Positions 18,587 to 29,247 of a stretch of 64,000 bases of DNA are shown here, piece by piece (the first letter of the stretch is position 1; the number at the start of each line of letters is the position of its first letter). The notes under the pieces are model-generated. The model saw only the letters and a list, made by a program, of their open reading frames with translations. It did not search any database and had not been told where the DNA came from. Made by a program: the position numbers and the translations under genes. This stretch comes from a candidate division WOR-3 bacterium (lineage in GTDB: Bacteria; Hydrothermota; 32-111): the NCBI GenBank assembly GCA_039804105.1, contig JBDRZU010000002.1, forward strand, positions 256,001-320,000, written 5' to 3'.

Positions 18587-19653
18587 ACATGTTCAAAATT
18601 GTTGCGATAAATCCTGGAGCAACTTCAACAAAGATCGGTTACTATGAAGATGAAAATGAAATTTTTACTGAATCTTTGAGACATCACAACGAGGATATTC
18701 AGAAGTTTAAAAAAACTATAGATCAACTCGATATGAGGGTTCAGGTTGTAAAGGACTTTTTAAAACAGAAAAATATCAAACTTGAAGAAATTGATGTCTT
18801 TGTGGCAAGAGGTGGACCATTCAAGCCTTTGAAATCAGGAACCTACTCTATAAACAAAAAAATGATCGACGATGTTTTGTCCGGAAATGTACTTGCTGAT
18901 CATGTATCCAATCTTGCATGTCTCATAGCTGAAAAATTGGCTGTAAACACAAAACAAAAAAAATTCATAGTTGATCCAGTTTCCGTCGATGAATTCGATG
19001 ACATTGCAAGAATTTCAGGTCTTGAAGGTATTGAAAGAAAATCTCTTTCCCATGCTTTGAATATGAAAATGATAGCAAAAAGATGGGCAAAGGAAAACAA
19101 GAAAGATTATTTTAAATCATCTCTTATAGTGGTTCATCTTGGAACCGGAATATCTGTTTCAGCCCATAAAAATGGAAGAATGATAGATGTGAACAATGCT
19201 AACGATGAAGGACCATTCTCTCCACAAAGAACTGGGACATTGCCAGTCACACAACTTTCAAAACTCATCATATCAAAAAAGATGGAATATGAGGATGTAA
19301 AAAAAATGTTGACAATGCAGGGCGGAGTTTACTCTTACTTTAAGAATGATAACATTTCAGAACTTGTAAAACTTATGAATGAAGGAGATAAAAAAGTTGA
19401 ACTGATCCTTTCCGCAATGATGTATCAGGTTTCAAAAGAAATCGGAGCTATGGCTACAGTTCTTTATGGAAAAGTCGATGCGATACTTGTCACGGGTGGA
19501 ATCGCATACAATAAATGTTTAACAGATATAATAGTTGAAAGAACAAAATTTATTGCACCCGTCATAGTTTATCCAGGAGAGGATGAAATACTCGCTCTCG
19601 TTTTGGGTGCATTAAGGGTTTTAAAAGGTGAAGAAAAGGAAATGGAATATTAA
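18583..19653 (+). CDS. buk: Butyrate kinase
   Basis: INPGATSTK, RGG, DPVSVDE, HALN, HLGTGIS, GPFSPQR, YPGEDE. Confidence 0.93.
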   Translation: MNMFKIVAINPGATSTKIGYYEDENEIFTESLRHHNEDIQKFKKTIDQLDMRVQVVKDFLKQKNIKLEEIDVFVARGGPFKPLKSGTYSINKKMIDDVLSGNVLADHVSNLACLIAEKLAVNTKQKKFIVDPVSVDEFDDIARISGLEGIERKSLSHALNMKMIAKRWAKENKKDYFKSSLIVVHLGTGISVSAHKNGRMIDVNNANDEGPFSPQRTGTLPVTQLSKLIISKKMEYEDVKKMLTMQGGVYSYFKNDNISELVKLMNEGDKKVELILSAMMYQVSKEIGAMATVLYGKVDAILVTGGIAYNKCLTDIIVERTKFIAPVIVYPGEDEILALVLGALRVLKGEEKEMEY

Positions 19654-19656
19654 AAA

Positions 19657-20721
19657 ATGAATAAAAAAATTTTTTGTTCAATTCTTTTGATTTTGATAGT
19701 CGTTTTTGTTTTTCCAGAAAAAGTTCCAATTCCAACAGATTATCCAACGATTTTTCCATCTGCAAGAATCAGAGGCCTAGGCGGTAATGGAACATCGATT
19801 ATGGGAGATATCAGTTCAACATTTTATAATCCAGCTACACTTTCCGGTTTAAATTCTGGAGGAATATCTTTATCCTTTGAAACCGATCATTTCTCTTCTT
19901 ATGCTGAATTCCTTCAAAAAGAACAATCTATTTATGGAAAAAATGTATCTTTTTTTACGATTTCAACCTATCAGGGTGGACTAAGTTATATGCCACTTTT
20001 CAAAATCTCTTATAGAGATTCATTTGTTGATTCTTTGAACATTGAGAGAGATTTTGAAATGAAACTTGACCAATACTGGTTGTCCTTAACAAGTTTCACA
20101 GGTTTTAATGAAAAATTTTCCTCTCCAATATATTTTGGAATCAACTTGAAATATCTTAATGGAAAAATCGCTGAAGCGAAATTATCTTATGATTCTTTAG
20201 GCAATATCATCGATGGTTTTGCTGATATATCTTACGGCAATGGGTATGGTATTGATGGAGGACTTATAGTATCATTATCGAATCTTTTTGTATCACTTGT
20301 TTTCAGAGATATTTTGACTCACATATATTGGGATTCTTATGATAAACAGATAATTCCAATGAATGGTAACCTCGGGGTATCTTTCGTTCCAATATCAAAT
20401 CTTTTGTTCAACTTTAATGTTTCCAAATTTTTAAGAAATGAAACACCTTTTGTTTACACTTTGGGTGGTGAATATACATTTTTTGAAATCTCAGAAAAGA
20501 CAAACTCTTTCTGGGACGATTTAAAAAAAGGATCACCAAGTATCAGAATCGGAACATCATTTAAAGAAATTCCAACACTCAGTACTGCAATAATAGATTT
20601 GGGATTAGGTTATAACTCTAATTCTGTTAGAGTCGATCTATGTTTTGAATCAACACTTGAAAGGTATTATATAGGAAAATTTGATTACTATTTAACTTTA
20701 ACCATTCCAATAACAATTTAG
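19657..20721 (+). CDS. Outer membrane beta-barrel protein (PorV/FadL-like N-terminus)
   Basis: Signal peptide, SARIRGLGG...D....YNPA.L motif, amphipathic beta strands. Confidence 0.6.
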   Translation: MNKKIFCSILLILIVVFVFPEKVPIPTDYPTIFPSARIRGLGGNGTSIMGDISSTFYNPATLSGLNSGGISLSFETDHFSSYAEFLQKEQSIYGKNVSFFTISTYQGGLSYMPLFKISYRDSFVDSLNIERDFEMKLDQYWLSLTSFTGFNEKFSSPIYFGINLKYLNGKIAEAKLSYDSLGNIIDGFADISYGNGYGIDGGLIVSLSNLFVSLVFRDILTHIYWDSYDKQIIPMNGNLGVSFVPISNLLFNFNVSKFLRNETPFVYTLGGEYTFFEISEKTNSFWDDLKKGSPSIRIGTSFKEIPTLSTAIIDLGLGYNSNSVRVDLCFESTLERYYIGKFDYYLTLTIPITI

Positions 20722-20729
20722 GAGGAAAA

Positions 20730-21200
20730 ATGTTGATATCACAGTTTTTAAAAAAAGAAAATGTGATTTTTGATCTAAAGAGTAAAACAAAAGATAAAGC
20801 ACTTGAAGAAATGGTTGACAAAATGAAACTTTCAAAAGAAAAAAAAGACCTAATACTTCTTTCTTTAAAACAGAGGGAAATCCTTGGAACAACGGGTATA
20901 GGAAATGGAATAGCGATACCACATGCTAGATCTGTAGTTCTGGATAAACTCTGTCTCTATGTTGGTATTTCTCCAAAAGGTATAGAATATGAAGCACTTG
21001 ATGGAAAAAATGTAAACATCATTTTTTTGATCATAGCACCTCCACTTGACTCTTCAAACCAGTATCTTATCCTCCTTGGAAAGATAGCTGCTCTTTCAAA
21101 GAAACTGATAAAGAAAAAAGATTATCTCAAAATAGATAACTATGAAGATTTTATTGAGTTGATAAAAAAAATGGAAGAAAGTATGGAGGATGAAATATGA
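20730..21200 (+). CDS. ptsN: PTS EIIA component (Ntr/fructose type)
   Basis: RE..GTTGIGNGIAIPHAR. Confidence 0.85.
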   Translation: MLISQFLKKENVIFDLKSKTKDKALEEMVDKMKLSKEKKDLILLSLKQREILGTTGIGNGIAIPHARSVVLDKLCLYVGISPKGIEYEALDGKNVNIIFLIIAPPLDSSNQYLILLGKIAALSKKLIKKKDYLKIDNYEDFIELIKKMEESMEDEI

Positions 21201-21553
21201 ACATTCAATTACAATATCTCATCCAGTTGAGTGATCTTGATACACAACTTGAGGAGTTAAAAAATGACAGGATAAGAACAAAGGAGGAATCCTTAGGTTT
21301 TAGAGTTCAGGCAAAAGAGAATGAAATAAATAAATTGAGAGAAAGTATCAGAAAAAAAATTGAACCTGATCTTTTAAACAAATATGACAAAATACAGAAA
21401 AGGTATAAAATGAGGGCTGTGGCTCAGGTTAATGATGGTGTTTGTTATGGATGTTTCACTGCTCTTCCGACAAGTTATGTTGCTGAAGGAGATAAAAACA
21501 ACAAAATTATAACATGTCCTAATTGCGGGAGGATTCTATTTTGGATAGAATAG
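21197..21553 (+). CDS. Short C4 zinc-ribbon protein (DUF164-like, truncated coiled coil)
   Basis: CYGC...CPNCGRIL. Confidence 0.8.
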   Translation: MNIQLQYLIQLSDLDTQLEELKNDRIRTKEESLGFRVQAKENEINKLRESIRKKIEPDLLNKYDKIQKRYKMRAVAQVNDGVCYGCFTALPTSYVAEGDKNNKIITCPNCGRILFWIE

Positions 21554-22155
21554 TTGAAAAAACGATCAAAAATTTAGAAAAACATTATTTCGAAGTTTTC
21601 TACTATCAAGATTTTGAACAACTGAAAGAAAAGGTAAAAGAATTTTTGAACACTTATGAAAGTTTTTCTTTGGGAGGTTCAACCACTCTCGTTCAAACGG
21701 GATTAAAAGATTTTATAATTCAACACGGAAAAAGATTTATTGAAAGAATAAGTGGTGACGATGAAGAAAAGAAAATTGAATCTGAAAGAGCAGCTTTACT
21801 TTCAGATATATACTTTATGTCAACAAATGCAATCTCATCAACTGGAGCATTGATAAATATAGACAAAAGGGGAAACAGAGTGGGTGCACTTTTGTTTGGT
21901 CCAAAAAAGGTTGTTGTGATAGCATCAACGAATAAAATTACAAAAGATATAGATTCTGCAATCGAAAGGGCTAAAAATGTTGCAGCTGTTTCGAATTGTA
22001 AAAGGTTCAATTTAACAACTCCATGTGTAAAACTTCAAAGATGTATAGATTGTGAGGATGAAAACACTATATGTTATTCAACGGTGATAACAAAAAGATC
22101 TTTTCCTCACAAAAGGATTTCGATTTTACTCTTTGAAGGAAACTATGGATTCTAA
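21541..22155 (+). CDS. LUD-domain (lactate utilisation family) protein
   Basis: GGSTT, STNA, NIDKRGNRV, GPKKV, TPC...CIDC; TTG start after GGAGG. Confidence 0.85.
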   Translation: MDRIVEKTIKNLEKHYFEVFYYQDFEQLKEKVKEFLNTYESFSLGGSTTLVQTGLKDFIIQHGKRFIERISGDDEEKKIESERAALLSDIYFMSTNAISSTGALINIDKRGNRVGALLFGPKKVVVIASTNKITKDIDSAIERAKNVAAVSNCKRFNLTTPCVKLQRCIDCEDENTICYSTVITKRSFPHKRISILLFEGNYGF

Positions 22156-23407
22156 ATATATTCCTTTTGCACAAAAATTTAGACCTGAAACACTTGATCA
22201 ATTCGTTGGGCAAAAACATCTTGTTGGAGAAAATGGTGTTATAAGAAAATTTCTTGAAGATAAAATATTGATTTCCATGATCTTTGTTGGACCACCTGGT
22301 TCAGGAAAAACAACTCTTGCTAATATTTTAGCAAAAAATTATTCCTTACCAAAACTCTATATCAACGGGATAAATTTTTCGACCACAAATTTAAAAAAAA
22401 TAATCGAAGAATCAAAATCATCAACTCTAATTATCATCATTGATGAGATCCATCGTATGAACCGAATACAACAAGATGCTCTTTTACCATATATTGAGGA
22501 TGGAAATGTAATAATAATTGGAACAACAACAGAAAATCCTTCTTATGAACTAACTCCCGCATTACTTTCAAGAGTTACAGTTTTTAAATTCAACAGATTG
22601 GAAGAAGATGATTTAAAAAAAATAGCAGAAAATATCTTTAAAAATCTTAACATGGAAATTAAAGATGAAAAGATTTACCAGGTTTTGATATCTTTTTCTA
22701 ACAACGATGCAAGACAACTTATAAATATTATTCAAAACTTTTATCAAGATCTAAAAACAACCATGGATGCCGAAGAATTAAAAAAATTGATAGTTTCAAA
22801 AAAATTGATCCAGTATGATAAAAAAGGAGATTACCATTATAATCTGATCTCAGCTTTTCACAAATCTATAAGAGGAAGTGATGTTAATGCATCGATTTAC
22901 TATTTTGCAAGAATGATAGCCGGTGGAGAGGATCCTCTTTACATCGCAAGAAGAATGATCAGGATTGCATCCGAGGATATCGGGACTGCTGACCCAAATG
23001 CTTTGATCTTAGCAAACAATGCTTACGAAGCCTTTGAAAAATTGGGTTCACCTGAAGGAGAAATCGCTTTGTTACAATGTGCAATCTATCTCGCTCTATC
23101 ACCAAAATCTGTTGCAGTTTACAACGCATATTCAAATTCTATAGATTATGCACAGAAAACATCTCATAAAGATGTTCCCCTGCGATTTAGAAACCCTGTT
23201 ACAGAGTTTGATAGAAAAGAGGGAATCGGAAAAGGTTATAAGTATCCCCCAGAGTTCGAAAACAGTTTTGTTCTGGAGAACTACTTTCCAGATGGTGTTG
23301 AAGAAAAAATATTCTACTTTCCGGTAGAAAGGGGATTTGAAAGAGAGATGATAAAAAGGATAAATTATTATAAAAAATTGAAGGACAGATTAAAAAATGA
23401 AAAATAA
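22145..23407 (+). CDS. rarA: Replication-associated recombination protein A
   Basis: GPPGSGKTT, DEIHR, TTENP, ISAFHKSIRGSD, ASEDIG. Confidence 0.95.
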   Translation: MDSKYIPFAQKFRPETLDQFVGQKHLVGENGVIRKFLEDKILISMIFVGPPGSGKTTLANILAKNYSLPKLYINGINFSTTNLKKIIEESKSSTLIIIIDEIHRMNRIQQDALLPYIEDGNVIIIGTTTENPSYELTPALLSRVTVFKFNRLEEDDLKKIAENIFKNLNMEIKDEKIYQVLISFSNNDARQLINIIQNFYQDLKTTMDAEELKKLIVSKKLIQYDKKGDYHYNLISAFHKSIRGSDVNASIYYFARMIAGGEDPLYIARRMIRIASEDIGTADPNALILANNAYEAFEKLGSPEGEIALLQCAIYLALSPKSVAVYNAYSNSIDYAQKTSHKDVPLRFRNPVTEFDRKEGIGKGYKYPPEFENSFVLENYFPDGVEEKIFYFPVERGFEREMIKRINYYKKLKDRLKNEK

Positions 23408-24218
23408 AAAAATCTCTTCCATTCTACTTTTAACACTTATTAACCTCTTCTCATGTAGTGATTTAAAAAATAGAAACACAATTATCATTTCAACTCTGTA
23501 TCCAATAAGTGCTTTTTATCAAAATCTTCTCGATTCCACAATCGTTAGTGTAAGTGTTCTCGAAAGGAATATGGATCCACATATTTCAGAAATTTCTCCT
23601 TCCAACTTCAAAAGAATTTCCGAATCGAAAATTTTTGTTTTTCTTGGATCAAAAATTGAGTTTGAGGAAAAAAATAAAAATCAGTTTTTGAAAGAATCAA
23701 AAAACTCCATAACTATAAACTTATCCAAAACACTCACAAAAGTTAACGATCCACATATCTGGCTTTCTCTTGATAATTTAAAAATATTCTCAAAAGTTCT
23801 TTATGATACACTATTATTCTACAATATTGTTGAAAAAGAAAACCTCAACAAAAAATTTTATACTTTAAATAGCAAAATCGATTCTTTAAAAGAATCTATT
23901 GAAAAAATAATAATGGAAAAACAGGTAAAAATTATTTTTACAGACCACAATGCCTTCTACTATTTTGCACAGGAATTTAATTTAGAAATAAAAACCATTT
24001 CCAATAATGAGGATGAAATTTCTGTAAGAGATTTGAAAAATATTTATGAAAAAATGTCAAAAGAAAAATTTAAAATCTTTTTCTATACAAACAAATCCTC
24101 AGAAAATTATGCTAAAAATTTTGAAAAAGAACTTAAAGCAAAAAGTTTATATATAGATCCTCTTGAAAATCCTCTAACAAATTTTGAGAAAATTTTAACA
24201 TTTTTAAAATCTTTATGA
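23397..24218 (+). CDS. znuA: Metal (Zn) ABC transporter substrate-binding lipoprotein
   Basis: Lipobox, DPH, DPHIWL, DHNAF. Confidence 0.85.
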   Translation: MKNKKISSILLLTLINLFSCSDLKNRNTIIISTLYPISAFYQNLLDSTIVSVSVLERNMDPHISEISPSNFKRISESKIFVFLGSKIEFEEKNKNQFLKESKNSITINLSKTLTKVNDPHIWLSLDNLKIFSKVLYDTLLFYNIVEKENLNKKFYTLNSKIDSLKESIEKIIMEKQVKIIFTDHNAFYYFAQEFNLEIKTISNNEDEISVRDLKNIYEKMSKEKFKIFFYTNKSSENYAKNFEKELKAKSLYIDPLENPLTNFEKILTFLKSL

Positions 24219-24940
24219 ATTCTGATTACATCTTAAAAATAAAAAACTTAGGATACACTTTAAACGGAACAGTTATTCTCGAGAATATTAATTTCAAGAT
24301 AGAAGAGAATGAACTCGTTTCAATAATAGGTCCAAACGGTGGAGGGAAAACAACACTTTTAAAACTGATACTCGGTATAATGAAACCAACAACAGGAATA
24401 ATTGAATTTTACAACAAAAATATTCCTATAGGTTATCTTCCTCAAAGAAAAACAGATCCTTTTGATTTTCCCATATCTGTTTATGATTTCATACTTCTTG
24501 CAAGATACAATGGGGTTTTTAGAAATTTCACCAGATATGATCACAAAAAAACAATCGAAACGATCGAGAAAATCGGTATAGAAAAACTTTTAAAGAAAAG
24601 ATTATCAAACCTTTCAGGAGGAGAATTGCAAAAAGTTCTTCTAGCAAGGGCTATCGTGAACGATCCAAAACTGCTTATACTAGATGAACCAACTTCGTTT
24701 ATAGATATAAAATCACAGAATGAATTTTATAACCTTTTATTTGAACTGAAGGAAAAAATGTCCATAATACTTGTAACACATGATCTCGGTGCGATTTCAA
24801 CTAAAATAAAAAGAATAATCTGTTTAAATAAAAGTGTAAACTTTGATGGTGATATAAATAAAAACAGAGTTTTTGTAATGAACAATCTTTACGGATTCGA
24901 TGTAAACATAATAGATCACAGTGATCATAAAAAATTATGA
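24215..24940 (+). CDS. znuC: Metal ABC transporter ATPase
   Basis: GPNGGGKTT, LSGGE, LDEP. Confidence 0.88.
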   Translation: MNSDYILKIKNLGYTLNGTVILENINFKIEENELVSIIGPNGGGKTTLLKLILGIMKPTTGIIEFYNKNIPIGYLPQRKTDPFDFPISVYDFILLARYNGVFRNFTRYDHKKTIETIEKIGIEKLLKKRLSNLSGGELQKVLLARAIVNDPKLLILDEPTSFIDIKSQNEFYNLLFELKEKMSIILVTHDLGAISTKIKRIICLNKSVNFDGDINKNRVFVMNNLYGFDVNIIDHSDHKKL

Positions 24941-25728
24941 TTTTTGAGTATAAATTTATTCAATTAAGTGTATTCTCTCTTATCCTTTATTCTCTTCTTG
25001 CCTCAATAATTGGAACATTTGTTGTTTTAAGAAAAACCACATATATTTCAGGTGGGATTTCACATGCCGCCTTTGGAGGCCTTGGACTTGGAATATTTCT
25101 TTCATTAAATCCTATTCTTGTTGCTATACCTTTTACTTTAATTTTTACATCCATTATGTTTTATCTTGGGAAAAAATTTAAAATTGAAAATGACTCAACA
25201 GTTTCGATAATATGGAGTTTGGGTATGTCCTTAGGGATAATACTTTTAAATTTTAAAAAAGGATATACAGGGTATATGCTTGGCTATCTTTTTGGAAATG
25301 TTCTATCGATAAACACATTTGATATTATTTTACTCTCTGTTGTTCTCTTTTTTACAATTCTAATTTTTTTCTTTTTTATGAAGGAATTTATTTTCATTTC
25401 ACTCGATCAAGAATATTCAAAAATTGTTGGAATCAAATATAATCTATTCGATACCATTTTCTATCTTTTTGCAACTTTAGGCATTGTTGTTATGATAAAA
25501 ATTTCAGGGGTTATAGTCAACATAATTTTTCTGACTATAGCCCCTTTGATAACAAAGAACATTTTTACAAACATCTATAAAATAATTTTCTTCAATTTCC
25601 TACTGAATGTATTCTTTTCACTTACAGGATTACTCCTTTCATACAATCTCGATTTTCCTTCTGGTCCTTCTATAGTTATTGTTTCCATAGTCACATTCAT
25701 AATTTTCAAAATCTTTAAAAATTTATGA
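24937..25728 (+). CDS. znuB: Metal ABC transporter permease
   Basis: ISHAAFGG, YLFGN, PSGPSIV; hydrophobic. Confidence 0.88.
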   Translation: MIFEYKFIQLSVFSLILYSLLASIIGTFVVLRKTTYISGGISHAAFGGLGLGIFLSLNPILVAIPFTLIFTSIMFYLGKKFKIENDSTVSIIWSLGMSLGIILLNFKKGYTGYMLGYLFGNVLSINTFDIILLSVVLFFTILIFFFFMKEFIFISLDQEYSKIVGIKYNLFDTIFYLFATLGIVVMIKISGVIVNIIFLTIAPLITKNIFTNIYKIIFFNFLLNVFFSLTGLLLSYNLDFPSGPSIVIVSIVTFIIFKIFKNL

Positions 25729-26967
25729 TAGTTTGTGAACTATCAGTCCACTTCTGAGTTTTGGTTCAAACCAAGTCGATTTTGGAGGCATTACATTTCC
25801 AGAATCAGCAACAGTCATCAACTGTTCCATACTTGTAGGATAAAGAGCAAAAGCAACTTCATATTCTTTTGAATCGACCAACTTTTGAAGTTCTTCTATT
25901 CCTCTGATTCCACCTACAAAGTTTATCCTTTTATCCGTTCTTGGCTCTTTTATTCCAAGAAGTGGATTTAAAACATTATCCTGTAAAATTGAAACATCGA
26001 GAGATTTTATCGGATCATTTCTAAATATTATATCTTCCTTTGCCTCAAGTTTATACCACTTTTTATCTATGTACATGGAAAATGTATGAATCTTTTCAGG
26101 TTTTTGAGGTCTTTTCAATTCAACGATATTGAATTTCTTTTTTAACTGTTCAAAAAATTTTTCTTTAGTAAGACCATTTAAATCCTTTACCACTCTGTTG
26201 TAATCCATTATTTTCAGCTGATCATCAGGATAAATTACCGAGAGGAAAAAATTGAATTCCTCTTTACCTGTGTACTTTTTAAGATTTTCTCTTCTTTTCC
26301 TGGCTACTCTTACAGCAGCTGCAGATCTATGATGTCCATCAGCAACATACAGATTTTCTATATTGGCAAAAAGTTTTACCAATTTTTCAATTATCTTCTT
26401 ATCCTTCACAACAAAAAGTATATGTCTCACGTTCAACTCATCTTTGAAGTCATACTCAGGATCATTTTTTTCTATAAAATTTTTAACTATATCATCTATC
26501 TCTTTTTCTTTTCTATAAGTAAGAAAAACTGGACCTGTGTTCGCATCTATGATATCAACATGCATCGCTCTTTCGATTTCTTTATCCTCTCTTGTATGTT
26601 CATGTTTTTTGATCACATCAGATATATAATCATCAACCGATGCACAAGCAACAATTCCAGTTTGCTCATGTTTTCCCATTATCTGTTTATAGATGTAAAG
26701 GTAATCATCCTTATCCTGAAATAAAACCTTATCCTTAAGAAACTTTTCAAAATTCTCTTTTCCTTTCAAGAATATCCTTTCATCATGAACATTCCAATCA
26801 TCAGGACATTCGATTTCAGATTTTTCAATCTTCAAAAAAGAATATTTTTTATCCTTAACATACTCTCTTGCTTCCTTAACTGAGACAACATCATACGGTG
26901 GTGCCGCTACTTCTGCTACTTTTTCTTTAACAGGTCTTATACCTTTAAAAGGTTTTATCACTGCCAT
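25723..26967 (-). CDS. DUF1015 family protein
   Basis: PPYDV, IKKHE.T, YVADGHHR, MPPKSTWFEPKLRSGL. Confidence 0.92.
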   Translation of the reverse strand: MAVIKPFKGIRPVKEKVAEVAAPPYDVVSVKEAREYVKDKKYSFLKIEKSEIECPDDWNVHDERIFLKGKENFEKFLKDKVLFQDKDDYLYIYKQIMGKHEQTGIVACASVDDYISDVIKKHEHTREDKEIERAMHVDIIDANTGPVFLTYRKEKEIDDIVKNFIEKNDPEYDFKDELNVRHILFVVKDKKIIEKLVKLFANIENLYVADGHHRSAAAVRVARKRRENLKKYTGKEEFNFFLSVIYPDDQLKIMDYNRVVKDLNGLTKEKFFEQLKKKFNIVELKRPQKPEKIHTFSMYIDKKWYKLEAKEDIIFRNDPIKSLDVSILQDNVLNPLLGIKEPRTDKRINFVGGIRGIEELQKLVDSKEYEVAFALYPTSMEQLMTVADSGNVMPPKSTWFEPKLRSGLIVHKLS

Positions 26968-26980
26968 ATATTCTTCCTCC

Positions 26981-28225
26981 TTACCATGCAAAAAGTTTAA
27001 AGTGTGAAGTGAACTTCTTCACTTCATCTCTGATTTTATTTATCTCTTCTTCGTTTTCTATATTTGTTAAAACCCTATCTATAAAGGACGCTATCTTTTT
27101 CATCTCATCCTCTTTCATCCCTCTCGTTGTCATCGCAGGGGTTCCCAACCTGATTCCACTTGTAACAAAAGGTTTTTCAGGATCAAATGGAATCGTATTT
27201 TTATTTACAGTGATACCCGCTTTATCGAGTGCTTTTTCTGCAACTTTTCCAGTCAATTTTTTACTTCTCAAGTCAACAAGCATAAGATGTGTATCCGTTC
27301 CGCCTGACACAAGCCTATATCCTTTTTCTTTTAAAGATTCTGCGAGTTGTTTTGCGTTCTTCAAAACCTGTTCCTGATACTTTACAAAAGATGGTGATAA
27401 CGCTTCTTTGAAAGCAACGGCTTTCGCAGCAATGACATGCATCAACGGTCCACCCTGTATCCCAGGGAACAAGGTTTTATCGATCAAAGCTGCATGCTCC
27501 TCTTTACATAAAACCAATCCACCTCTTGGTCCCCTTAAAGTTTTATGAGTTGTCGAAGTAACTACATCAGCGTATGGTACAGGTGATGGATGGAGGCCCG
27601 CTGCAACAAGCCCAGCGATATGCGCTATATCAACAACCAGTTTTGCTCCAACTTCATCTGCTATCTCTCTAAATTTAGGAAAATCAAAAAATCTTGGATA
27701 AGCACTCGCACCCGTTATTATCATCTTCGGTTTAACCTCTTTTGCAAGTTCTCTTAATTTCCCATAATCGATAACCTCCGTATCCTTCTCAACTCCATAG
27801 TGAACTGCATTGTAAAGAATCCCTGAAAAACTTATCGGATGTCCATGTGTTAGATGTCCACCATGTGAAAGATCCAACCCCATAAATGTATCGTTTGGTT
27901 TCAAAAAGGCAAGGTATGCTACCATGTTTGCCTGTGAACCACAATGTGGTTGAACATTTGCATGATCGGCTTTAAAGAGTTGTTTTGCTCTTTCCCTTGC
28001 TAAATTTTCTGCAACATCAACGAATTCACATCCACCATAATACCTTTTTCCAGGATATCCTTCAGCATATTTGTTTGTCATAACACTTCCCAATGCTTCA
28101 AGAACAGCATCGGAAACAAAATTTTCAGATGCGATAAGTTCTATCTTTTCCGTTTGTCTTCTTTTTTCATTCTCTATTGCTTCGAAAATTTCAAGATCGA
28201 TTTTTTTTAAATTTTCTTTTTCCAT
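26981..28225 (-). CDS. glyA: Serine hydroxymethyltransferase
   Basis: [26 protein letters not shown]. Confidence 0.98.
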   Translation of the reverse strand: MEKENLKKIDLEIFEAIENEKRRQTEKIELIASENFVSDAVLEALGSVMTNKYAEGYPGKRYYGGCEFVDVAENLARERAKQLFKADHANVQPHCGSQANMVAYLAFLKPNDTFMGLDLSHGGHLTHGHPISFSGILYNAVHYGVEKDTEVIDYGKLRELAKEVKPKMIITGASAYPRFFDFPKFREIADEVGAKLVVDIAHIAGLVAAGLHPSPVPYADVVTSTTHKTLRGPRGGLVLCKEEHAALIDKTLFPGIQGGPLMHVIAAKAVAFKEALSPSFVKYQEQVLKNAKQLAESLKEKGYRLVSGGTDTHLMLVDLRSKKLTGKVAEKALDKAGITVNKNTIPFDPEKPFVTSGIRLGTPAMTTRGMKEDEMKKIASFIDRVLTNIENEEEINKIRDEVKKFTSHFKLFAW

Positions 28226-28227
28226 AA

Positions 28228-29247
28228 TCACTCCTTATGTTTCAGTTCTATACTTTGTGTTGGGAAAGCAAAATTTATCCCTTCTTTATCGAAATTATAT
28301 TTTACAAGATAGTGAAAGTCCTCTTTTATCTGTGCTATGTTCTGGGATCTATTTACTGCAAAATTCACATAAAGATTCACCGAGTACTGGTCAAATTTGT
28401 AAAACCCAATATTTATTGAGTTTTTATCTTCAATCCTGTTATCATCGTTCAGGATTTTTGTAACTATATCAGAAGCTTTCTTTATGGTTTCAACAGGTGT
28501 TCTGTATTCGAGTTGTAAAACATAGGAGATTTTTACAACATTGTTCTCCATATGGTTTATAATTTTACTTTTTGCAACAAGGCTATTAGGAAAAATTACG
28601 ATCTTGTTATCATACCTTTTCAATTTTGTTGTTCTTAATCCAATATTTATGATATACCCCAACTCATCATTTATTTCTACAAGGTCTCCAACATTTAAAA
28701 CTTTCGAGAAAAATATCGTCATTCCACCTATAACGTTTGATAAAAGGTCCTGGGCTGCAAGTGCTATTGCAGCACTTCCTATTCCAAGTCCTGTGATTAT
28801 AGACAGAACATTGACTCCAAGAATACTTAAAATAAAAGTTAACGCCACGATCAATGAAAATACGAGTACAGTTTTTTTCAGAAGAGATTCTATCTGTAGC
28901 GAAAGATGAATATGTTGCCTCAGGATATCATCTCTGTAAATTCTCTCGATAAAAAAATTCATAATAGATATGAAAAGGAATGTAAATGTTAAAACATATA
29001 ATATCTTTGTTATATCAACCAATATGTTGAACACCTGTGTATACTTCGTAAAGAAAGATACAGAGATATGAAACGAGATCGAATACAAAAGGAAAATTGT
29101 GAACCAGAAAAATCTTTTGAAAAATTTATATTTTTTCTCTTTGAAAAAAATTATCAAGAACAATGTTATCGATGTAGAGATCAAAATGAGAAATATCAAA
29201 AGAATGTATGAACTTATTTTGTTTTCAAAGATTAACCTGTCCATCAT
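28228..29247 (-). CDS. mscS: Small-conductance mechanosensitive channel
   Basis: [31 protein letters not shown]. Confidence 0.88.
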   Translation of the reverse strand: MMDRLIFENKISSYILLIFLILISTSITLFLIIFFKEKKYKFFKRFFWFTIFLLYSISFHISVSFFTKYTQVFNILVDITKILYVLTFTFLFISIMNFFIERIYRDDILRQHIHLSLQIESLLKKTVLVFSLIVALTFILSILGVNVLSIITGLGIGSAAIALAAQDLLSNVIGGMTIFFSKVLNVGDLVEINDELGYIINIGLRTTKLKRYDNKIVIFPNSLVAKSKIINHMENNVVKISYVLQLEYRTPVETIKKASDIVTKILNDDNRIEDKNSINIGFYKFDQYSVNLYVNFAVNRSQNIAQIKEDFHYLVKYNFDKEGINFAFPTQSIELKHKE

